DNA of 64,000 nt from an uncultured Eubacteriales bacterium (GCA_934447715.1 CAKSER010000001.1:55386-119385), one strand, 5' to 3'. Numbered from the stretch's first letter, positions 29,649 through 37,385 are shown. Numbers and translations are program-made. The notes: generated by a model not told the origin, from the letters alone.

Positions 29649-30944
29649 ATGGAAAAAATAGTTGTAAACGGCGGAACGCCGCTTAACGGAACAATAGAAA
29701 TCGGAGGAATGAAGAACGCTGCTCTCGGAATTCTGATAGCGTCAATTCTTACAGAGGATACCTGTGTTATAGAAAACCTCCCGATTATAAATGATGTCAG
29801 TCTGACACTTGAGATACTTCACGAAATGGGAGTTTCCGTAAAAATGCTGAATAAGACGACAGTCGAGATCAATTCTGCCTGCTGCAAGGGCGGAACATCT
29901 CCTATCAGCCTTGTTCGCAAGATGAGAGCGTCGTACTACCTGCTCGGAGCAGAGCTCGGACGTTTCGGAAAGGCATATGTAGGATATCCCGGCGGATGCG
30001 ATTTCGGTGTAAGACCGATCGATCAGCACATAAAGGGCTTTGAGGCGCTCGGAGCAAGAGTCAACGTCGAGAGCGGATATATCGAAGCTGTAACAGACGG
30101 AGGGCTTGTCGGCTCACATGTCTTTTTTGATGTAAACACTGTCGGCGGAACGATGAATGTCATGATTGCCGCAGCGAAGGCGAAGGGCGTTACAATCATT
30201 GAAAACGCCGCAAGAGAGCCTCATATTGTCGATCTTGCCAACTTCCTCAATTCCTGCGGAGCAAGAATCAGAGGTGCCGGAACCGACACGATCAAGATCA
30301 CCGGTGTGGAAAAGCTCCACGGCTGCACATATGCAATAATTCCTGACATGATCGAGGCTGGAACATATATGATTGCCGCGGCAGCAGCCGGCGGAACAGT
30401 AAAAATTACGAATGTCATACCGAGACACCTTGAGTCGATATCCGCCAAAATGCGCGAGATGGGTGTGATTGTTGAGGATTTTGACGACTATGTTGTTGTC
30501 AGCCGCGATCCTCAAAAGAAGCTCGGAAAGATCAATCTGAAAACGATGCCGTATCCCGGATTCCCGACCGATATGCAGCCTCAGATGTGCGTTCTGATGT
30601 GCCTTGCACACGGTGTCAGTACACTCGGTGAGGGAATATTCGACAACCGTTTCCGCTATGTTGAGGAGCTGAAGCGTATGGGTGCATCGATTAAGGTAGA
30701 CGGAAAGATGGCAATAATAGAGGGCGGAGTTCGTCTCTCTGCCGCCAAGATCAAGGCGGTGGATCTGAGAGCCGGTGCTGCAATGGTAATTGCGGCGCTT
30801 GCAACAGAGGGAAGAAGCGAGGTCGAGGACATATATCATATCGAACGCGGATATGATGATATTGTTGGAAAGCTCAGAAACGTCGGGGCGGATATAAAAA
30901 AGATCTGGTATCCCGATGAGATCTCGGAGAAAAAAGCCAACTGA
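29649..30944 (+). CDS. murA: UDP-N-acetylglucosamine 1-carboxyvinyltransferase
   Basis: MEKIVVNGGTPLNGTIEIGGMKNAAL, RPIDQH and LRAGAAMVIAAL. Start moved to the conserved N-terminus. Confidence 0.95.
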   Translation: MEKIVVNGGTPLNGTIEIGGMKNAALGILIASILTEDTCVIENLPIINDVSLTLEILHEMGVSVKMLNKTTVEINSACCKGGTSPISLVRKMRASYYLLGAELGRFGKAYVGYPGGCDFGVRPIDQHIKGFEALGARVNVESGYIEAVTDGGLVGSHVFFDVNTVGGTMNVMIAAAKAKGVTIIENAAREPHIVDLANFLNSCGARIRGAGTDTIKITGVEKLHGCTYAIIPDMIEAGTYMIAAAAAGGTVKITNVIPRHLESISAKMREMGVIVEDFDDYVVVSRDPQKKLGKINLKTMPYPGFPTDMQPQMCVLMCLAHGVSTLGEGIFDNRFRYVEELKRMGASIKVDGKMAIIEGGVRLSAAKIKAVDLRAGAAMVIAALATEGRSEVEDIYHIERGYDDIVGKLRNVGADIKKIWYPDEISEKKAN

Positions 30945-30948
30945 TTTT

Positions 30949-30974
30949 AAAGGGGACGGTTTGTCCCCTTTTTT
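30949..30974 (+). terminator. Rho-independent terminator after murA
   Basis: AAAGGGGAC/GTCCCCTTT followed by a T-run. Confidence 0.75.
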
Positions 30975-31122
30975 GATGTTTTCTATGTTTTGATATTTGA
31001 CTTGATGCATGGGCGGTGCTTTGATTGAGACAGCCATGATCTGATGTTTTTTATAGTCGGCATATAGTTTTGCCGCTTGCTATTGTTTGTTTTTGAGTAT
31101 GCTTTGAAAAGAGGAAATTACA

Positions 31123-31719
31123 GTGAAAAGGCTCGGTAAGCTTGATAATCTCGATAAGAAAGAGGGAAAATCTAAGGTCGATTGTAAGTCACCCTTGGCT
31201 GCGGCGCGCAGATTTAAAAACGCACGAAGCATAATGCTAGTTTTAATTCTTTTTACCGTTTTCAGTCTGATCGGAAAGTCGCTTGAAACCGGCAGGAGCT
31301 TTATTTTACCCATGTCGCTTCTGTGGTATATGTTCGATGCCGGCTCTCCGCTTTTTGTAATTATTTCTCTGCTTGTGATCGGATTATATATTGCTCTTTA
31401 CATTTTTTCGGAAAAGACGCCGGAGTTTATGATTGTTGCTCTTGCCGGGCTCGTAATCGATAGGCTTTTTTGTCTTTATATCGATTTTTTCGCCGATGCG
31501 GCTGCCAAAGGAGCTCTGCTCGGCATTGGCGAGGTGGGCGAAACAGTTATGAGCGTGGTTTATGCAGGTGTGCTTATTTATATTGCTGTTGGTGTGTGTG
31601 GGATAAACGGCTACAAGAAATATCTTGCAAATGAAAGTGTTTCGAAAAGTGTTAGGACATGCTCTGAGGAGGTGCCTTGCGACGGCGGCAGCGAGGGAGG
31701 ACAAAAAGCAGGCGACTGA
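31123..31719 (+). CDS. Hypothetical polytopic membrane protein (GTG start)
   Basis: 198 aa with 4-5 hydrophobic helices. SD is AGAGGA. No family recognised. Confidence 0.55.
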   Translation: MKRLGKLDNLDKKEGKSKVDCKSPLAAARRFKNARSIMLVLILFTVFSLIGKSLETGRSFILPMSLLWYMFDAGSPLFVIISLLVIGLYIALYIFSEKTPEFMIVALAGLVIDRLFCLYIDFFADAAAKGALLGIGEVGETVMSVVYAGVLIYIAVGVCGINGYKKYLANESVSKSVRTCSEEVPCDGGSEGGQKAGD

Positions 31720-31832
31720 TTTGTTTTATGTGGGTTGCTTGAATTGCAGAATGTCGAAAAAATTCGAATATCCTCAGCCTAACAGTTGCCTACAAAAAGG
31801 CAGCATATTAATACTGCTTAAAAATAAAAACG

Positions 31833-31882
31833 CGCTCCCGGTTTGCCAAAGCAATTATAATGCTTTTGCACTAACGGGAGCG
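31833..31882. terminator. Compound hairpin between convergent genes
   Basis: Outer stem CGCTCCCG/CGGGAGCG with an inner AAAGCA/TGCTTT hairpin; A-rich 5' flank and T-rich 3' flank. Confidence 0.5.
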
Positions 31883-31931
31883 TTCTTTGCTCTGTTTAAA
31901 TTCTGTTTTTGCTGCTTTAGGAGCTTTTCGT

Positions 31932-32978
31932 TCAGGAAAAAATTGTTTTTGAAAGCTCCTTTGTATATTTTGTCACGGCTTTGAAGTCCATCGCCCTGCC
32001 GTAGATTTTTTCAAGACCGAAATGAGCATCTCTTACCTTTTCGAAATCTTTCAGAACGGTTTTTATAAACTCGTTTCTTGTCCGCTCAATCTGCTTCAGG
32101 CATGCCTTTGATGAGCCGAGCCTCGGAGAAGGAATAAAGCGCTCCATGTTAATGATTTTTGTGCTTCTTTCTTTCGTATCGTCATTTTCACCGTTTTTGA
32201 TTTCAACCATAGCATTTGAACCGGGGAAGAAAACAGAGCAGGGTTCGGTTGCGCGGAGGGGATCGCGGCTGACCCACACCTCGACTTGGTTTTCTTTCGC
32301 GGATCGAAGCACGGCGTCGCAAAAGCAGCTGCCGCTTCCATATCTTCCGTCTATATCAAAGCTTATTTCGGAAAGTCTTTTGAATGTGTCAAGCGAGTTG
32401 ATCCCATGCATGCCGACAGATAATGTCTGGCGGAACAGAATGTTTCCCTTTTTTGCTCCGATTCTTTTTACAAGCCTGTCGGCTGCTGCGTTCATTTTTT
32501 CTTTGTTTAGATAATCCGAAAGGATTTCATTTTCCGCACATTTCAGCCTTCCGAGAAGAGAAAGAGACGAAAAAATCCGCTTGTAGCCTTCTGTCTTGGC
32601 TTTGGTAAGCTCGGCAATCTCCTTCTTGCTTTCAAGAAGCACCTCGCTGTCCCAGAAGCGGCCGAGATCGACAAGCTCATCCCTTATCCCGGGAATTTTC
32701 GTATCTTTTGCGTGCGGAGAAGTTCCGTCCGTTATGCAGATTTTCTTTTTGGGAAACCATAATGCGTCGATCGACCGATGGTCGGATGAGCAGTAAAAAA
32801 TCTCTGTTTCCTCCGAACGGCAAAGCGAGAGCTCCTTCATCAAATGCGATTTTCCGGTGCCGGGAGCCCCCTTTACTATGTATATCCGTTCGGCATTTTC
32901 AAATACGTCATCGCAGCAGGAGGTATATCCGCTGCCGGTGGTTGCACCGATAAAAAATTCTTTTGTAGAACAGGACAT
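31932..32978 (-). CDS. Uncharacterised P-loop NTPase conserved in endospore-forming Firmicutes
   Basis: Walker A GAPGTGKS, followed by YCSSD...IDAL, DGTSPH and PGIRDE blocks that I recall from roughly 370-aa Bacillus/Clostridium hypothetical ATPases. Start taken at MSCSTKEFF. Confidence 0.65.
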   Translation of the reverse strand: MSCSTKEFFIGATTGSGYTSCCDDVFENAERIYIVKGAPGTGKSHLMKELSLCRSEETEIFYCSSDHRSIDALWFPKKKICITDGTSPHAKDTKIPGIRDELVDLGRFWDSEVLLESKKEIAELTKAKTEGYKRIFSSLSLLGRLKCAENEILSDYLNKEKMNAAADRLVKRIGAKKGNILFRQTLSVGMHGINSLDTFKRLSEISFDIDGRYGSGSCFCDAVLRSAKENQVEVWVSRDPLRATEPCSVFFPGSNAMVEIKNGENDDTKERSTKIINMERFIPSPRLGSSKACLKQIERTRNEFIKTVLKDFEKVRDAHFGLEKIYGRAMDFKAVTKYTKELSKTIFS

Positions 32979-33219
32979 TTCGCTGTCCTCCTGTTTTTTG
33001 GGATTTGGTATATAATATGTCGAAAAAACAGTTCTGTGAGTTTTTCTTGACAAAAGAATCCGGCGGTGCTACCATAATAAAAGCAAAAAGCAAGCAAAAC
33101 AAAAACGGATTTTCTTCCGGCGGCCAGGCTTGTAGGTAAAAGTCCGGTAATCGGCAAAAGATAGCGATATAATTGATTTTAAAAAGGAAGGCAGCAAGGC
33201 GTGCTGCCGCTGAAATGAA

Positions 33220-34392
33220 ATGATAACAGAAAGAATATTTGATCTTGACGGTGAAAAAAGAGAGTTTCTCGCCGCGGTAATCTCCTGCGACAGGGAAAGC
33301 AACGGCAGATATGCCGTTGTTCTTGACAGAACCGCGTTTTTTTGCGGCGGAGGAGGACAGGAATGCGATACCGGAACCATCGGTTTTGCAAATGTGCTTG
33401 AGGTGTGCGAAAAAAACGGCGAAATTATTCACTATACCGATGCTCCGGTCGAAAAGGAAATTGTTGTAAAGGGCAGACTCGATTGGGAAAAGCGCTTTCG
33501 GAGGATGCAGAACCACACCGGGGAGCATATTGTTTCCGGACTTATTCATGAGAAATACGGATTTGAAAATGTCGGCTTTCACATGGGCCATGATGACGTG
33601 ACAGCCGATTTTGACGGCGTTCTTACCGAGGAGCAGCTGAGGGAAATCGAAATTCTGGCTAACCGGATAGTGTACGAAAACCGGACGGTTTCTGCCGAAT
33701 ACCCATCGGAGGAGCGTCTTGCCGCTCTTAAGTACAGGTGCAAATCCGAGCTTAAGGGAAGGGTCAGGATTGTGACGATCGAGGGCTGCGACAGATGTGC
33801 CTGCTGCGCGCCGCATGTCGCACTTACGGGTGAAATCGGAATTATTCACCTTCTCGGATTTATACACTATAAGGGCGGAATCCGCATCCATATGCTTTGC
33901 GGACTGGATGCAATAGACAGGATCAAAAAGGACTGTGCCGATATGAAAAGGATATCATCGTCTCTTTCGGCAAAGATAAACGAACTGCCTGATGCGGTAA
34001 GCAGACTGCAGCAGAACGAAAGCAAGCTGAAAAAGGAGATAAGCGAGCTGAAGAAAGCCGTGGCAGATTCAAAAATCGAGCTGTTAAGGCAAAGCGGTGA
34101 GGATGTTTTTCTTGTAGAAAACAGCCTTGACTTTGCGGATTTGCAGAGGGTGGTGTCCGAGACGGCAGAGGCAACCGGAAAACTTTGTATGGCAATTACC
34201 GGAAGCGATGACGAGGGCTATAAATATGTGATTTCCTCAAAAAGCCGAAATATGAAGGATGTTTCGAGGACTATTAATGAAACGCTAGGCGGCAAGGGCG
34301 GAGGAAATCAGAGAATGGCGCAGGGCGCGGTAAAAGCGAAAGAAACAGAGATCAGAAGGCTTTTTAATTATCTGAAAAATCAGGATTCATAA
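33220..34392 (+). CDS. Alanyl-tRNA editing protein AlaX-L
   Basis: Contains the HxxxH (HTGEHIVSG) and CxxxH (CCAPHV) zinc motifs of the AlaRS editing domain, plus a C-terminal GGKGGG (DHHA1-like) tail. Confidence 0.85.
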   Translation: MITERIFDLDGEKREFLAAVISCDRESNGRYAVVLDRTAFFCGGGGQECDTGTIGFANVLEVCEKNGEIIHYTDAPVEKEIVVKGRLDWEKRFRRMQNHTGEHIVSGLIHEKYGFENVGFHMGHDDVTADFDGVLTEEQLREIEILANRIVYENRTVSAEYPSEERLAALKYRCKSELKGRVRIVTIEGCDRCACCAPHVALTGEIGIIHLLGFIHYKGGIRIHMLCGLDAIDRIKKDCADMKRISSSLSAKINELPDAVSRLQQNESKLKKEISELKKAVADSKIELLRQSGEDVFLVENSLDFADLQRVVSETAEATGKLCMAITGSDDEGYKYVISSKSRNMKDVSRTINETLGGKGGGNQRMAQGAVKAKETEIRRLFNYLKNQDS

Positions 34393-34473
34393 GTGTGAAA
34401 TACGGTTTTGCCTGCGTCTTAAGGGCTTCGGTCTTATATGACAAATATTTTTTAAAAAATGTTGAAAAAGGTG

Positions 34474-34502
34474 TTGACAAACCGTAGGCGCTATGTTATA
34501 AT
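34474..34502 (+). promoter_or_regulatory. Promoter of the tRNA cluster
   Basis: TTGACA (34474-79), a 17-nt spacer, then the extended -10 TGTTATAAT (34494-502). Confidence 0.65.
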
Positions 34503-34536
34503 ATCATCCGTCGCGAGGCGAGAGCCAAGCGTAAAT

Positions 34537-34609
34537 GGGAGCTTAGCTCAGCTGGGAGAGCATCTGCCTTACAAGCAGAGGGTCACAGGTTCGATCCCTG
34601 TAGTTCCCA
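34537..34609 (+). tRNA. tRNA-Val (anticodon TAC)
   Basis: Cloverleaf folded by hand: acceptor GGGAGCT/AGTTCCC, anticodon stem TCTGC/GCAGA with loop CTTACAA, and T-loop TTCGATC. Confidence 0.9.
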
Positions 34610-34614
34610 TTTGT

Positions 34615-34691
34615 GGCCCGGTAGTTCAGTTGGTTAGAACGCTAGCCTGTCACGCTAGAGGTCGTGGGTTCGAGTCCCATCCGGGTCGCCA
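34615..34691 (+). tRNA. tRNA-Asp (anticodon GTC), CCA encoded
   Basis: Acceptor GGCCCGG/CCGGGTC, anticodon loop CTGTCAC, T-loop TTCGAGT, and a 3' GCCA. Confidence 0.9.
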
Positions 34692-34720
34692 TTTATCCCT
34701 TGCTAAACCGGCATGGGTTT

Positions 34721-34793
34721 GCCTCTGTAGCTCAGTTGGTAGAGCGGGGGACTGAAAATCCCTATGTCGTTGGTTCAATTCCGACCGGAGGCA
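34721..34793 (+). tRNA. tRNA-Phe (anticodon GAA)
   Basis: Acceptor GCCTCTG/CGGAGGC, anticodon loop CTGAAAA, T-loop TTCAATT. Confidence 0.9.
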
Positions 34794-34850
34794 TTTGTTT
34801 CGGCAAAGCCGGGACGATAGAGCTACGGACAACCGGAGCAGTCAAAGGAT

Positions 34851-34923
34851 GCGGATTTAGCTCATTTGGTAGAGCGCGACCTTGCCAAGGTCGAGGTGGC
34901 GGGTTCGATCCCCGTAATCCGCT
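34851..34923 (+). tRNA. tRNA-Gly (anticodon GCC)
   Basis: Acceptor GCGGATT/AATCCGC, anticodon stem CGACC/GGTCG with loop TTGCCAA, T-loop TTCGATC. Confidence 0.9.
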
Positions 34924-34925
34924 TT

Positions 34926-34957
34926 AGCTCCCGATTTAATTGGGAGCTTCTTTTTTT
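34926..34957 (+). terminator. Rho-independent terminator after tRNA-Gly
   Basis: AGCTCCC/GGGAGCT stem followed by TCTTTTTTT. Confidence 0.75.
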
Positions 34958-35002
34958 CTCAAATCTGCATATAGTTGCATATAATAAAACAGAAATAAAT
35001 AC

Positions 35003-35073
35003 GGCGCCATAGCCAAGCGGTAAGGCAGAGGTCTGCAAAACCTTTATCCCCGGTCCGATTCCGGGTGGCGCCT
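35003..35073 (+). tRNA. tRNA-Cys (anticodon GCA)
   Basis: Acceptor GGCGCCA/TGGCGCC, a 3-bp D stem, anticodon loop CTGCAAA, and T arm CCCGG-TCCGATT-CCGGG. Confidence 0.9.
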
Positions 35074-35084
35074 TTAATACAAAA

Positions 35085-35108
35085 AGCACCCAAACCCGGG
35101 TGCTTTTT
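35085..35108 (+). terminator. Rho-independent terminator after tRNA-Cys
   Basis: AGCACCC/GGGTGCT stem followed by TTTTT. Confidence 0.75.
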
Positions 35109-35126
35109 GTGTTAAACCCGAAGGGC

Positions 35127-35176
35127 GGAATCGGACCGGGGATTAGGCGGCATGCCGCCGTCCGGGTGGCGCCTTT
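35127..35176 (+). other. Partial tRNA-Cys copies: an inverted T-arm fragment plus a direct copy of the 3' end
   Basis: 35127-42 is the exact reverse complement of tRNA positions 35047-62. 35161-76 (TCCGGGTGGCGCCTTT) is an exact direct copy of 35060-75. Confidence 0.8.
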
Positions 35177-35182
35177 GAAAAA

Positions 35183-35211
35183 AGAGCATTGCAAAAGCAA
35201 TGCTCTTTTTT
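35183..35211. terminator. Second terminator-like hairpin after the tRNA-Cys fragment
   Basis: A 10-bp stem AGAGCATTGC/GCAATGCTCT with loop AAAA, flanked by A6 and T5 runs. Confidence 0.7.
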
Positions 35212-35213
35212 CA

Positions 35214-35397
35214 ACGAAATAAATCCCTTCGGGATTTGTGAAATGCGCTACGCGCGTGAAATATGCCTTTGGCATGTGAAATGTCTGCGGACGTGGGAGG
35301 ATTTATTTCATTTCACGCTGCGACCGCAGGGAGCAACATTTCACAATTTCGAGCCTGCAAGAAATTATTTCACATCCGGCACAGCCGGATATTTCAC
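35214..35397. repeat. Mirror-symmetric array of the heptamer GTGAAAT/ATTTCAC interleaved with unrelated small hairpins
   Basis: GTGAAAT occurs at 35238, 35256 and 35276, with a degenerate ACGAAAT at 35214. ATTTCAC occurs at 35310, 35338, 35367 and 35391. Each interval holds a different stem-loop. Confidence 0.8.
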
Positions 35398-35448
35398 TCT
35401 TTACATAATGAAAAATATATTTTATACTAATTGTAAAGGGGGTGATTT

Positions 35449-35793
35449 ATGGCTGAATCAAAATTACGTGAGCTGTCAATGAATTTTGCAGTCGAGGTGT
35501 TGAAAATTTGCGACGGAATAAAAGGTCATTCTTCAATTGTCAACCAAATGTAACGTTCAGCAACCTCTATCGGTGCAAATATTCATGAAGCAAATTATGC
35601 ACAAAGCAGATCTGATTTTGTTGCAAAGCTGCAGATTGCTCTGAAAGAATGCTATGAAACCGAGTACTGGTTAGAATTGTTTGTCAAATCGGGTTTGCTC
35701 GGCTGCGAAGCAGCAAAGAAAGCATGCTCCGATTGTGGGACAATACGCAAGATTTTGATTTCCTCCATCAACACCGCAAGGGGCAGCATGTAA
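35449..35793 (+). pseudogene. Four-helix-bundle protein gene (23S rRNA IVS protein / Avd family) interrupted by one in-frame TAA
   Basis: Hand translation gives MAESKLRELSMNFAVEVLKICDGIKGHSSIVNQM*RSATSIGANIHEANYAQSRSDFVAKLQIALKECYETEYWLELF. The TAA at 35551-53 sits where the family has Leu (TTA). SD is AAGGGGGTGA. Confidence 0.8.
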
Positions 35794-35958
35794 CAAAATG
35801 TCTGCGGACGCAAAATGAAAGTGCAATATAATTAGACGTTGATTATGGATTTGTTTTATAATAAAATTCTCATATGAATAAAATGGGATTTTATGGTATT
35901 TTGCAGTCAAAAAGCCTCGGCTTCACCGCATTTTCATATAAGCTACACATTGTTTTCA

Positions 35959-35987
35959 TTGACTTTTTCGGACAAGTGTGCTATAAT
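35959..35987 (+). promoter_or_regulatory. Promoter of fucO
   Basis: TTGACT (35959-64), a 17-nt spacer, then the extended -10 TGCTATAAT. Confidence 0.55.
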
Positions 35988-36061
35988 TCAGACAGGCTCG
36001 GAAATGTAAAAAGTACGAGTAAATATACGAGTGAATAATTGAACTTCAGGAGGTCTTTATC

Positions 36062-37204
36062 ATGGTTAATCGTTTTGTTTTGAATGCCATTTCATATCAT
36101 GGCAAGGGAGCTATCAAGGAAATCCCGGGTATTATAGCTGCAAAGGGCTTCAAGAAGGCGTTTATTGCCTCCGACCCCGATCTTATCAAATTCGGTGTTA
36201 CAAAGAAGGTTACCGATCTTCTCGACGAGGCAGGAATGGCTTACGAGGTATACTCTGATATAAAGCCGAATCCTACGATTGAAAATGTAAAATCCGGCGT
36301 TGCCGCATATAAGGCATCCGGCGCGGATTATATGATAACTATAGGCGGCGGCTCGTCTATGGATACCGGCAAGGCTATAGGTATTATCATCAACAACCCC
36401 GAGTTTGCCGATGTACGCAGCCTTGAGGGCGTTGCACCGACCAAGAACCGCACAGTCTTCACAATCGCAGTTCCGACAACAGCAGGTACTGCTGCCGAGG
36501 TTACTATAAACTATGTTATTACCGATGTTGAGCGCAAGCGTAAGTTTGTCTGCGTTGATACAAACGATATCCCCGACATTGCAGTAGTCGACCCTGATAT
36601 GATGTCGACTATGCCGAAGGGTCTTACAGCCGCTACCGGTATGGACGCTCTTACACATGCAATAGAAGGATATACCACAAAGGCTGCATGGGAGCTTGCC
36701 GACTGCCTTAACCTCGAGGCTATCCGCCTGATCTCGAAGAACCTTCGCGCTGCTGTAAAGAACGAGCCGGAGGGAAGAGAAGGCATGGCTCTCGGACAGT
36801 ATGTTACCGGTATGGCATTCTCGAATGTCGGACTCGGTATTGCACACTCGGTTGCACACACTCTCGGCGCTGTATATGATACGCCGCACGGTGTTGCATG
36901 CGCAATGATGCTTCCTATCGTAATGGAGTATAACGCAGATGTCACCGGCGATAAGTTCAAATATATTGCAGAGGCTATGGGCGTTGATACAACCGGTATG
37001 AGCGTTGAGGAATACAGAAAGGCAGCAATCAATGCCGTTCGTCAGCTCAGCGTTGATGTCGGAATCCCGACAAAGCTCGAAGCAATTAAGGAAGAGGATC
37101 TTGACTTCCTTGCAGAGTCGGCACATGCCGATGCCTGCGCACCCGGAAACCCGAAGGATGCGTCGGTTGAGGATATCAAGGCTCTTATCCGCAAACTTAT
37201 GTAA
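36062..37204 (+). CDS. fucO: Iron-containing alcohol dehydrogenase, lactaldehyde reductase (1,2-propanediol oxidoreductase)-like
   Basis: GGGSSMD, NNPEFADVRSLEG, PTTAGTAAEVTINYVITD, RKFVCVD and DALTHAIEGY closely track E. coli FucO as I recall it. Confidence 0.8.
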   Translation: MVNRFVLNAISYHGKGAIKEIPGIIAAKGFKKAFIASDPDLIKFGVTKKVTDLLDEAGMAYEVYSDIKPNPTIENVKSGVAAYKASGADYMITIGGGSSMDTGKAIGIIINNPEFADVRSLEGVAPTKNRTVFTIAVPTTAGTAAEVTINYVITDVERKRKFVCVDTNDIPDIAVVDPDMMSTMPKGLTAATGMDALTHAIEGYTTKAAWELADCLNLEAIRLISKNLRAAVKNEPEGREGMALGQYVTGMAFSNVGLGIAHSVAHTLGAVYDTPHGVACAMMLPIVMEYNADVTGDKFKYIAEAMGVDTTGMSVEEYRKAAINAVRQLSVDVGIPTKLEAIKEEDLDFLAESAHADACAPGNPKDASVEDIKALIRKLM

Positions 37205-37227
37205 TCCTGGTCCAATTTTAACAGATC

Positions 37228-37259
37228 AAGCCCTCGGGAGATTTATCCCGGGGGCTTTT
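37228..37259 (+). terminator. Rho-independent terminator after fucO
   Basis: An 11-bp stem AAGCCCTCGGG/CCCGGGGGCTT (one G-T pair) followed by TTTT. Confidence 0.65.
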
Positions 37260-37356
37260 GTCATGGTTTTTGCAACCGGTGCAACTGAAATCGGATTATA
37301 GAGGCTGAAAGAAAGCCCGGGAATCCGGAGCTCCGGCAGCATTGTGTTTTAGGTGG

Positions 37357-37385
37357 TTGCAAAGTTGGCAGATTTGTGCTAAAAT
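37357..37385 (+). promoter_or_regulatory. Promoter of the TetR (DhaS-type) gene
   Basis: TTGCAA (37357-62), a 17-nt spacer, then the extended -10 TGCTAAAAT. The roughly 110-nt leader contains the hairpin ATGCTGC...GCAGCAT. Confidence 0.5.

Noticed and set aside
34459-35275. Four track ORFs (34459..34755 +, 34650..34832 -, 34664..34927 +, 34862..35275 -).
   Set aside because: They run straight through five hand-folded tRNA genes and their terminators. They are open only because tRNA DNA lacks stops in those frames.
35214-35397. Considered whether the heptamer array is a CRISPR array, and whether track ORF 35189..35482 is a gene.
   Set aside because: The repeat is only 7 nt, the spacers are 10-22 nt and themselves palindromic, the orientation flips midway, and there are no cas genes, so it is not CRISPR. 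The 97-aa ORF merely spans the repeats (odd composition, no SD), so it is not called as a CDS.
36092-37126. Long antisense ORFs opposite well-supported genes: 36092..37126 vs fucO, 38552..39595 vs ohyA, 30114..31037 vs murA, 32908..33891 vs alaX, 46915..47787 vs alaS, 57815..58603 vs ileS, and 3161..3613 vs the 3119..3625 ORF.
   Set aside because: The sense-strand products carry unmistakable family motifs. The antisense products are Cys/Arg/Leu-rich with no motifs, no SD and no independent signals, which is the typical codon-bias shadow pattern.
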